Of a stretch of 64,000 bases of DNA, positions 49,427-60,748 are shown one piece after another. The position numbers were made by a program, and so were the translations under genes. Origin of the DNA: Yuukianura sp. NJ FZ-2021 (taxonomy: Eukaryota); contig CM102289.1 in NCBI GenBank assembly GCA_046563655.1, positions 9,114,001-9,178,000 of the forward strand, in the 5' to 3' direction. How positions within the stretch are numbered: the stretch's first letter is position 1; each line of letters starts with the position of its first letter. The notes beneath the pieces are model-generated. The model worked only from the letters and a program-made list of their open reading frames with translations, was not told where the DNA came from and did no database searches.

Positions 49427-52400
49427 TTATTCGTCAAAGAATTGTGCCGGTGGGGCGGGTGGGATGCTGGTACGAACTGGTGGCTCTGGTGGAGCTGCTG
49501 CTGCAGCAACCATACTTTGCTTCCGCGCAGCCAGGGATGCACTAGTAAAGTCAAAATTCAAAATTTTGAAGTCATAGATTCATAAAAACAGTGTTTTTTT
49601 CTTCCAAATTTCAAGTCTGGACTTACCGTTTATGAAGTGCGGAAATTCTGTCTTGGGGACTAATGGCAGTGTGAGACCCTCCGACATAACGGTTCACCAA
49701 ATGCATCATGTCACTTTCACTGAAATTCAAAATTATGGTTTTCAAAATATTTTGAAAATTTGAGTTTAGAAAATTTAAAAATCTTAAAAGTGATGACATA
49801 CCACAATCCCATTGATCCTCCGACGTTGTTATTTGGATCTCCAAGACCTTGGCACTCCATCTTGCAGTAGTTGCGGCCCTCGCCATCGCTAAAAATGCAG
49901 TTCAAAATTTCAAAGTTGTTTCAAAATTTTGAAGAACTGAAAGTTAAAATTTTTTTTTACTATCGAGACGTCTGTGGACGCATGCGGTAGAGTTCAAAAG
50001 CACGTTGAGAAGCCGTAGAGTGACCAGCCAGGATTGGTCCAAGGACAGGCAGCAGTGGTGCATTTGTGAGTCCAGAAATGTTGGTGTGTCGGTCACACGA
50101 GATGCAATTGTAATCTTTGAGCAATTTTTTCCTCGTGCCTGCTGGGTCAGGTTCATCCATAATCCGGGTCAAATGGTTCACTTTTTCCTCTAATTTGCCC
50201 AAATGATTTTTGAAATAAGCTCGAATTGGCGCAATTTCCACTTTGTCAAGCTTTTCTCCCAAATCTTCCCGCATTTGATCCGTAATTTCCTTCCAGAGTT
50301 CGTTTTTTCGATAAACTTCTTGCAGGAGATTGCCCAGTCGGGCTTGCAATTCGTCCATTCCGGCGCCAAATTCGTCATAAGAAACTTTCGTATTGATTTG
50401 ACCTTTGTCTGCCTTGTCAGTTAAGGCATTCATTAACATTGGTTTGGTGACGACAAGTTGCTCAAAATCGGCCAAGGCTTCGCTGATTTTCTAAAAACAA
50501 AATTTCAAAAAATTTCAAAATTTTGAATTTTTTGAATTTTGTTAAGGTAGGTTCTCACTTGTAGTTTTTCTTTCATGGCGCCATTTTCCAGAACGAGTGA
50601 ACTCAAGTTGTTGAAGATCAGCTGAACGTCATCGCCTGACAATTCTTTCATTCCTGCAATTTTACTGAACCGACCAGCATTTAGGTTGTCCAAATTAGCA
50701 GGAGAGAGGCGGTCTGAAATTGGAAATTTCAAAATTTTGAAACCCGAAAACCAAAATTTTAGTTTTCAAGATTTTTTAAAAACGGACCTAGTTTTTCAAT
50801 GGCACTGTCCGGAATCTTTTTGAGAATGGCGTCTTGCTGGACCAAACGAACAGCCATGTTTTCTTCATTGTTTTTCAAAATATTGACGGCTTCCCAAACG
50901 GTTTGCAATTTCTCAAGGACGTCAACCTCGTCAAAGACGTCAGGCATCGTTCCACGATTCTAAAATTCAAAATTCAAAATGTGAAATTTTGGATTTCGTC
51001 AAATTTTTGATTCTGAAAACCTACTTTTAGTTTTTCCCGTAGTTCTTCCAGATCTCTTGGCAGAAGCGTCATTGACGTCATTTGACGTAGCAGATTTTCT
51101 TTGGAGCTTGACAGCCCTGCAGTAGGGTAGTCCATGGACTTGACCTTTGACCTGTCACCAGGCATCCGAAGGTGATGCAAAACGTCGTCTTTGCAGGTTG
51201 GACAAACTTCTTTGCCTGGACAAACGTCTTTGCCTGGACACACTTTGCCGTCACCTTTACGGCAAACGTCAACTTTGTCCGGTTTTTGCGGGAATTGACA
51301 TACAGCTGTTCCCGCGGGAAGTCCAAAGCCAGTACACACTCCTGGTCCTAAACACTTCTCAGCGTTGAGTCCAACGGCCATGTACGGAGAAGTAGCTAAA
51401 GAAATATGAAATTTCAAAACTTTGAAAAACTTGGAATTATAAAATTTGAAAGAAACTCACTGGCATGCTGAGCAGCAATTTCTTTGAGAAGTTTTTGGTA
51501 GACGAGTTCCATTTTGTCTTGAATGTCTTCAGCCATTTGTCTCTGCATTTCTTGTAGCTGGATGTACTGATCCTGGAGCTCTTTCTGGACAACGTCAGCC
51601 TGATTTTTGCATTCCTCTTCATATCTCGGGTCCATTTTTCCTGGAACGACTTTTCCATCTTCCAGAATGGTCGGATACTTAAAATCAGTGAAAGGATCCA
51701 GTTTGGCCTCAAGTTCGTCCAGCGGAACTCCAGAAACGTCAACCGGAACATGAGAAATGCCTTGGTGACAAACAAGGTTGATTTAGCCCACATTTATACA
51801 AATGCACTAACAGGTTATACCATAACTCATTTTAAAGGAAATTATGGGGGGAAATCAAATTTTGTTATTATCGCAATTGTCATTTGATTTTGTTAAATTA
51901 AATTAAATTTTAATTTTTCTGATTACAACTTGCTAAATCTGCCGCGAAAGGCTAGTGCAGATATGGTTTTTAAAAAAAATGAAAATTTAAAAAAAAAAAG
52001 AAGTTATGGTATAATCTGTAGAAAAACCAAATTTCGATTGAAATCACCTTGGTGACGGACGTCTGGATGGGCGTCGGTCAAATTTCCCTCGTCAGGATGT
52101 TCTCCGTGACCATCTACACCCATATCCTGGGACGTTCTGCCTGTTGACCCGTCGGTCAAAAATTCTTGTGACCCCGATCCAAGGTCACCTCCAGACAGTG
52201 TCTCATATCCACCCTGTTCAATCATAACTCCGTTCTCATCGTACGTAGATTGCCGAAACGGGATTGGCTGTCCATCCGGACCAATCAGAGGCTTCTGACT
52301 TCCGACAATCCGTCTTCCGTTTTTGTCATAAAACATGGCGTTGCCTTGTTCGTCATACTGAAGCTCATGGGGACTTGAAATCCGTTTTCCATCTGCACCA

Positions 52401-54131
52401 AATACAATGGGGCGACCATCTTCGTCCATGTCCACTTCGACGACATTTCCAGCCGAATCGACCCATTCCACATTGGACACACGGCGACCATCGGCATCAA
52501 CGGCGGCTGGAATCGCTATCAGATCAAACTGCTGGACGCCCGACATTCTCTTGCCTTCAGCATTGTAGTTACCAGAGCCACGACTTTCTCTTGGCACCAA
52601 GATCTCCCCAAATGTAGCTCCTTTTGACAGGTCAGCTTGACCTACTGACTTTGCACGAGTTCCATCAGAGGTCAATGACCCCTTCTGTGACCCCGCCTGA
52701 CGCTGTTTCGCTTGGGCAGCAGATTCGGCGTCAGAGGTCACTGACCCCCGCTGTGACCCCGACGTACGCCGATCTTGACCTTCTGAGGTCAATGACCCCT
52801 TCTGCGATTGGCGTTTGGCGGCATCAGTTACGGATTGTCGCGGTTGCATGAAACTTGGTGATCTGGAGACTTCTACACCGGAAGCATCCGATAACTTCCG
52901 GATTTTCTCCATCACCTAAAATCAAATAAAAAAATGAAATTAGATGGAAGTTTTCAAAAAATTAATTTTTACAAAATTTTGATTTTTTGTTACGTAGGCT
53001 TTGATTTTTTCCAAATCCTGTTTGAGTCGAGCGAGTGACTCTGCAGTTCGTTCACATTTTTCAATACAAGGTTCCATTTGCATTGCCATGTCTGAGCTGG
53101 TTCGATTCAGTTTGTCCATGTCTTTTTGCATTCCACTGGCATTGGCACTTGCTCTCTTCACTCCTTTGAGTTGAGTCGCCATGTCCTCAATCAAGCTGGC
53201 CATCTACAAAAAAATTGACATTTGACCTTTGACCTCTGAACTTTGACCTGCTTACCTTTTGAATAGCAGCTTCAGCCGCAGCGACACGATTGTTGAGCTG
53301 AATGATCTGCCACATATCATTCACCGAGAGATGGTGATCGTCGTCTTGTTCGTGCTTTCCAGTGCCAAGCAGCGTCGAGTTGGTTGGAAGCGCGTAAAGA
53401 GCTTCAAGGTGGCGCTCCAGGCGCGCAACTTTTTGGTTCAAAGAGTCCACGGATTGTGGACCAGCAGCATCCTGGCCACTGTCAATGATGCTCTCTCTGG
53501 CATACACGGCTCCACTGCACAGAAAACCAAAAATTTTGATTAAAATTTCATTTTTTGGATTTAAAAAAAAATTTTGCAAGAACTTTGTTGTTACATGGAT
53601 TGGACTTGTGGATGCTGCCCAGTTCCGGTAGACTGACGAGAAGAAGTTGGCGCCGACTTGGGCTGAGATGGTCGCTCAGACTCTTGAGATGGTCGTCCAG
53701 ACCCTTGAAATGGTCGTCCAGACTCTTGAGATGGTCGTCCAGACCCTTGATCCAGCCGTCCAGTTCTGGGCGTCTGGGCAGGTTGCGATGCCTGAGTTCC
53801 TGGAGCATATCGAAGGACTCCGGGCATGGGCGATGCTGTTCCAGCTCCCTGAATGTAGTTCTGGAAGTTCTGGAATTCAAAAAATTTCAAGATTTTAAAA
53901 TCTCCAAGATTTAAGATGTTTTGATTCAAAATTTTGAAAATTTACTTGGATTTGATGAGCTTCGACATCGTTCAAAGTTGCCGGTTGTTCTACAATCCCT
54001 AGTTTGGCCAGAATTTCATGAAGGAGGATGCGCAGAATGTTGAAATTGACTGCGCCGACTTCTGGTGAACACAGAGCCAAGTCCACCAACTCCGTAAGGG
54101 TGAAGCCCCCACTTTGTGCTGCTTCAGTCAT
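49427..54131 (-). CDS. QRICH2/C16orf96-like DUF4795-domain coiled-coil protein (multi-exon)
   Basis: N-terminal LTELVDLALCSPEVGAVNFNILRILLHEIL; MWQIIQLNNRVAAAE; C-terminal KAD...AGTRKKLLKDYNCISCDR and RYVGGSHT motifs typical of this family; last exon ...PPAQFFDE* with stop at 49427-49429. Confidence 0.82.
53668..53760 (-). repeat. Coding 21-bp tandem repeat (Q[GE]SGRP[SF] heptapeptide) in the QRICH2-like gene
   Basis: GAGATGGTCGTCCAGAC(C/T)CTT units x~4; peptide QGSGRPSQESGRPFQGSGRPSQESERPS. Confidence 0.85.
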
Positions 54132-54505
54132 GATTACTTCGATTTCGCCTCAAGAAGTAATCGGAATCCAAAAGTTCAAAGTAATCGAGTTGCGTTTGAA
54201 AATTCAAAAATCCGAACGTCCGCTCCGAGCAACGTCTGCTTAGCAAATGAAGAAAAACCGGAACGAAAAAACCGCGTAGCAGCAACGATGAACTTCCAAA
54301 CAAAATTTGTCAAATTCAAACAAAAGCAAAATCTGGTCGCTATGGTAACCAATGCAATTTTTTCCACAATTTCTTAATTTTGTGCGAAAAGTATTTTCAC
54401 AAAACTTTCAAATGTTTTTATTGTATTCAAACTTACTCAAACTACTAACATAAAACTTCCATGACAACAAAAATTCAAATTTTTCAAAAAACTTGTTCCA
54501 AGTTT

Positions 54506-57500
54506 TTAGAAATCCAGTCGCCTTCCTAGCCACTGATTTGGAAATTTTCGAATCAGTAGACGCCGAAATTCGTCGTATATGAAAATGAAAAGTGCGAATG
54601 GAATTGCTGGTAGTAATAACCCTGGGCTGTAATTGAAACAAAAATTTTACAACATTCTTTAAAAAACCCTTACAATCAGCATTTTCAAAAAGCTTGCTTC
54701 AAAATTTTAGAAATTTTACGGAACGGCTTCGATTCGTGGTGTTTCAATGAAATGCAGAATCTGTGTCTGGACAATCACTATAGTCAGAGTCACTGGAATC
54801 ACGAGAGCCAAAATCAGCCTCCAGTTTCTACAAAAACTAAAATTGATATTTTGGAATTTTTTGAAAGTTTGGAATTTTGATTTTTGTGTAAGAATTTTAC
54901 GAAATTCCATGAACAAAAATTGATTCGCGTCGTGTTTTGCAACCAATCAAATGAGTAAGTTGTACCAAAGCCACGGCATAAAAGTAAACAGTTTGAGCTA
55001 CATCTTCTAAGTGTTTTCGCTGATCAACTGTCTATAAAATCAGAAATTCAAAAAATTCATTTTCTAAAAAAAAAATTTCAAAAAGATTGTGTTTTTTACG
55101 TACCCATTCTTGACCATGAGAATCCTCTACTACACGATCCGAGTACCACCGTTGAGAAATAAAAATCAAACGGGAAATATGAAATCCATTTTCAGACATC
55201 ACAAAAACGTATGAAAACATTGCAGCACAAAATTCAACAACTCCAACTCTGGCATAAGCTCTTTCCAGTAATCTAAAAATATTCGAAATTTCAAAATATC
55301 TCAAATAATTTTTTTTAAATATTAAAAGTTTAAATTTTAAATCACCGTCCAGTGAACAGTTTGTGTTTTCTCGAGTTTTTGCTAATGGAGTGAGCCATTA
55401 GATCCCACTCTGGTGGTTCGTATGCAAGCGCAATCGCTGGAAGCTACAAAACACAAAAGTTAGTCTGCGCAGAAACATAAATAAGTGAAGTTGGTCTGCG
55501 CAGCTTAAAATTCTGAGTTTTTACCATGTCGACTCCAATTGTGAGAACGATGATGCTGATTGGAATGATGGGAAGCGGAATGCCCAGAAACAGGAAAAGA
55601 AAGAACGGGAGAACGGCGGGAATGTTTGAAGAGATTGCAAATGCAAAACATTTTTTCATATTTTCAAAAACTAAACGTCCTTGTTCAATTCCGTTTATGA
55701 TTGGCGTCAGTGTGTTGTCCAAGATTACAATGTCGCAGATCTCCTTTGCAGCTTCCGAACTTTCCAAACCCATCGCAATGCCTAGAAATTTCAAAATTTC
55801 AAAATTTTCGTAATTTTGGAATTTGAATTTTCCCGCTCAAAATTGTACTAGTATCGGCCGCTCTCATTGCAGCACAATCGTTCATTCCATCTCCAACCAT
55901 CGTCACCAATTCACCTTGTTGCTGAAAAGTTTCAACAATTATAGCTTTCTGTTCCGGAGAAAGACGAGCAAACACGAGTTCTTCCGAGTCACGCAAAAAA
56001 GTGTGAAGCGTTTCTTCTTTCATGAGTTTTCTAAAATCGGTGTCCGTCAAAACCGATTTCAACTTTGGCTCAACACTGACAATGGTTTGGCTTTCACTTT
56101 CTCCTAGTTTCATAAAAATTAAACTTTTTAGAGAGAATACTAAAATTTTTTGTGAAATTTTGAAAAAATTTTGACCGTTGTCGTCAGTCTTTAAGATTCC
56201 AACTGCTTTAGCAATTGCTTTGGCTGTTGCTGGATGATCTCCTGTTAGCATCACAACTTTGATAGAAGCAGATCGCAATTTTGCTATAAATTCGGCAGTT
56301 CCGCTTTTTGGTGGATCCGAGAGAGACACTAATCCTAAGAATCGGTATTCCGAAACTGGATAGTTCCTTGTTGATTCACTAAAAACTGTGCCCTTGTCAT
56401 AACTGATCATTTTGTCACAAAAACCTATGAAAATTTCAGAATTTTACTTCTATAAAATAATTAAATTTTCATTGTTTTTTCTTCTGTTTTTTGCTTTTTT
56501 TTTTTTTACCAAGAACTCTGGATTGTCTTTCGGCCATTTCCTGCAACGCATCTTCCATTGCAACTTTTATGTCGGCGGTGATTGGTTGCTGTTTTCCATG
56601 AATCACAATTGTTGAACAAAGCTCAAAAATTCTCTCTGGTGCTCCCTAAAATTTTGAAATTTTCATAAAATTTAAAAATTTTATGTTTAGGTTCAGTGGC
56701 TAATCCCAATCCATCAACATACTCGTACTACAATTTGACAATTTTTTCTGTCTTGTTCCAAATAAATTGAGAGTTGATAAAAAGTTCTGTAGTTGAACGG
56801 AACTTCAAATAGTTTTTGCTCATTTGAATTCAAATCCTTAAAAGCGTGAAAGTTTAAAAAACCGAATTTTAGTAAAGCCATGTCCGCCGGCTCTCCATCT
56901 TTGACTTCGATATCTGCTTCGTGAACTCCAGTTTTCTCTACGGTTGCTTTACTTGTTAAAATGATACATCGAAGAAGATCCCGAATCTGTCAACGTTCAA
57001 ATCATATTTCAAAAGTTAAATTCAAATAAAATTTCACATTATTCCAAACTAAATTTAGACAAATACTTGAACTGTGTATACGTTGCGTTCTTTTGCATTC
57101 TCAGTTTTAATTTTTTCACTGGCAACAGTCAATTTCGTGCCATTCCAAACACAGCAAACGCTAAGCTTGTTTTCCGTCAAAGTTCCAGTTTTGTCTATGC
57201 AAAGAACAGAAGTGGATCCCAGATTTTCAATGGCGTCAAATCTTTTTGCTATGCAATTCTTAGAAGTGAGACGCTTAGCAGCACCGGAGTGACAAACCTA
57301 AAATTTTAGTTTTTAAAATCTAAAAAATTTTGTGAAAATTTACTTTAAATTGAGCGTTTACTTTGATTGCTGCAAGTAGAGATTCTGGAACAACTGCTAC
57401 GCAGACGCCAACAAAGAAGACGGTTGTGTTGGACCAAGAGTAGTCCAGGCGCATGGCAGCTACCCAACACACAATTGCAAACACAATTCCAATTGAAGTG

Positions 57501-58718
57501 AACGTAAGAATCAGTTTTGTGACGTCTTTGGACAACGGTGTTTGCTTTTCCTTCAACTGCGAAGTTATGCCAGTTATTCGACCGAGTACGGTACTGTCTC
57601 CTACGCGAATGACAATCCCACGACACGATCCTAAGTTTTTAAAATGGCGGAAATTTTGAAATTTTTTGAAAAATTGCGACAGAGTTTTAGAATTTACCCT
57701 CTACGCCATAAGTTGAGGCGTACAGCATGTTATGCGTAATCAGAGGATTAGTATGGGTGCATTCTGATGTGATTGATTTTGGTTCCGAAATTCCTGTCAA
57801 AGATGCACTGTCAACCTAAAATTCCAAACAAAAAAAATTTTTTTTTTAAATATTCAGAATTCTGAAATTTTAAAACAGTTTTCGACAAAATTTTTAGCGA
57901 AATTGTTTGGAAGAACCTTGAATCCCGCTGATTGTATCACTCTAACATCAGCAGGCACTTCGTCACCATACTTGAGGTCAACCAGGTCACCAACGACGAC
58001 ATTTTTGACATCGATGGTCGTCTTTTGTCCATTTCTGACAACTCGAGTTTTTAGCGTAACCATGGAAACAGTTTTTCGAAGAACGCTACTGGCCATTCTG
58101 TCCCGAATGTACGAAACCACTCCTGTGATTGTAATGAAAGTTACGAGAGTCAGTCCAAGGAATAGCTAAAATAAAAAAAAAATCACAAATTCACTAAATT
58201 TTGAAATTTTGAGAAAATTTATATTTTTAAAGTTACATTTTCCAAGTCAACTTTTGAGCCAACATCTCCAACGATGTCACCTAAAAAAGACATCATGCAC
58301 ACCACAGCTCCAGATACCATTAGTGAAGAAACGCCTTGCAAAATGTGCTTGACCAACCGGAAAACGATTGACGGCGGAACAGGAGGACTAATTTGATTGG
58401 TTCCGAATTTTTGGCGGTTAACTTCAACTAGTTCGTCTGTTAATCCCTGTTGAATGTAACTATTTATTAAGAATAATTAACAATTTTGTTGGAATTTGAC
58501 TAAATTTTGTTACATTTTGCTCATGCGTGTCAAATTTCTGACAAACTTCATCTACAGACATCATGTGCTCTGTTAGTCCTAGATCAACGCCCTGGCCTGG
58601 TTTCTAGTTGACAATTTTTGAAATTTTGAAATCAGCATTGAATTTTGAAATTTTGAAGAAATATCCATTATCCAATCTATTGTGAATCTTTTTGCCTCAC
58701 TTCTTTCTCTTCCTCCAT
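54506..58718 (-). CDS. Divergent Na+/K+-ATPase alpha-like (P2C-type) P-type ATPase, many short exons
   Basis: VVVGDLVDLKYGDEVPADVR, VDSASLTGISEP, VPESLL, LGSTSVLCIDKTGTLTEN, RGAPERI, DPPK, MLTGDHPATAKAIAKAVGI, VFARLSPEQKAIIVE, GDGMND, GIEQGRLVFENMKK, PAIALAYEPPE, CKTRRES, YDEFRRLLIRKFP. Start MEEEKE at 58718, stop at 54506-54508; no frameshift in the exons I translated. Confidence 0.9.
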
Positions 58719-60705
58719 TTTGTCAAAAATGATACACGTGGATCGCTTTTTGTGATTTATGGACGGACCATTGACAAATGCAAATGAGCCAAATTGTTCA
58801 AAATCAAAAAAAAATGAAAGAAAGTTGTTTGTGTTTGTTGTTTTTTTTAATATAAGTAAAATTGTTACCACAGATACCATTTTTCAAATTTGCAAGTCAT
58901 ATTTTCACATTGTCAGACCATTTCAATTTTTCGAGAATCCAGATAAAGATGCTAATGTATGACCCTTTCGAATCTAACGTTAAGAGCGGGAATTTTAAAC
59001 AATTTATTTAGAATAAACAAACGGCGTCATTCCAATTTTCTCAAAACCGCAGAAATTTTTATTTTGAAAATTTGTACCAAAATTTGTAAAATGTAATGAA
59101 AATGTAACGTTGTTTTTCAATAACATGACTAACAACCTATGTTGAAAGTGAAGTGTGGACTAAAAAATTCATTTCCTGTAATCCCTACATGACATGTTGT
59201 CACTCTCTCCTGCTTTCACCACAACTGTCAAGTGGGATTATGTGGCTTCCATACCCTATTTCCTGGATATTTGCTTTCGGGGTTTCAGTTTTTCAATTTA
59301 AGTCTTAAGAGGATGATCTCCAATGATTAGTTTATAATCCCAACATCTTTTGACTTTTACATGTCATGGACCAATATTCAATGCTCCAAGGTAGGGAATA
59401 AGCTAAACCAAACATGGTCTAAGCTTCCACTTCAGTTTGTGTAAGTCCCCTATTCAAACTCTAAGCTTAGTTTTCCAAAACTTTATTAAAAGTTTGGAGA
59501 CTAAAGTAAATGGAGAACCACAAAAGGCGGGAAAGTCGGTTTACATTAGTTTCAGTTCCTGTAAACAAATATTGAGCTTAAGGTTGGTCGGTTTTTCCAG
59601 AGTGTCAAATGTCATTTTCTTCAAGCCAAAATGTCACCCACACCCTCCTCTCCTTTCATCTTCAGCTTTCTAATGTAATTAAATACACTTTCACCTAAAC
59701 TAGCCTAACTTTCACCAAAACCTAACTGAAATTACACAAATCAACTCTAAAATTGAAATTCAAACACAATTTACTAAAAAGTGATCCAGATTTGTTCAAA
59801 TTTGAGAAAATTTTTGTTCCCAAAAAAAGAAAGAGCTTTTAGAACCTTTGATTCAACAAGAAAATGTTTTTTTAAAAGTAAACATTTTTTTTAGTTGGAA
59901 CAGAAACTGTCAATTAGCCTAAATTAACAAATTTATACTTTGCAACTCCGCGCGGATGGCACGGGAATGTTCAAATTAGCGCCTCTGTAACCTGTCTTCC
60001 TTGTCTATTTCCTTTCCCATCCATCATTTTCTGGTTCTCGAGAAATCAGAAGTTCTTCCGCCCTTCTTTCACTCAAAGACGGAGATTCCTGGTTGACTTT
60101 CTCTTTTTTTCAAAAATTTGGAAAAGACTTGACACTTTTTGAGATAAGGCGGGAATTTCAGTTTCCGATTTATGTAGTATGTGAATCCTGTTTGTGGAGG
60201 GGAGGAGGAGAAAGCAGAGAAAGGAAACGATAAGGAATGTCGCCTTGCGAGAAAACTGTTTCCCGTCGTGTTCCGACAACGCATCGTCACAAAACACGTC
60301 AATGTCCGATACATATCCACCAAAATTCCAAGTTTTCTGTGTTTCCTTTTACATTCTTAAAAAAATCAAAAAAAAAAATTCAAAGAGCTGAAAAGTCGTT
60401 TTCTTTCCAAATAGCATTAAAACTTAAAATTTTGTGCTTCTTTGTTCCGTTTTTTTTCAAAATTTCAAAAGATTGGCCCAATTGGCAGAGAAAGTATACA
60501 GGAATAGTCGTAAATAAGTAAAATAGTTAGTAGTTTTGGTGAAAGTGAAGCTTTTTAGTTGCTGTTTGGTTTTGTACTGTTGATTTTGGTTTGTCGGAGT
60601 AAATAAGAAACAGAAATGGACTGATAGACGGGTGATGAAAGTTGTCTTGCTGAAAGCCTTCAACACACTTTCCCCTGGGCTTTCACTCCACTCTGTCAAC
60701 ATCCA

Positions 60706-60748
60706 GTATATACTGGCAGTACTTCCAAGTATACTGGCAGTACTTCCA
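60706..60748. repeat. Two-copy ~21-bp direct repeat (TATACTGGCAGTACTTCCA)
   Basis: Direct reading. Confidence 0.8.

Noticed and set aside
54506..58718. Calling the P-type ATPase a pseudogene
   Set aside because: The exons checked are open with canonical splice sites and intact DKTGT/TGD/GDGxND motifs; no stops or frameshifts found.
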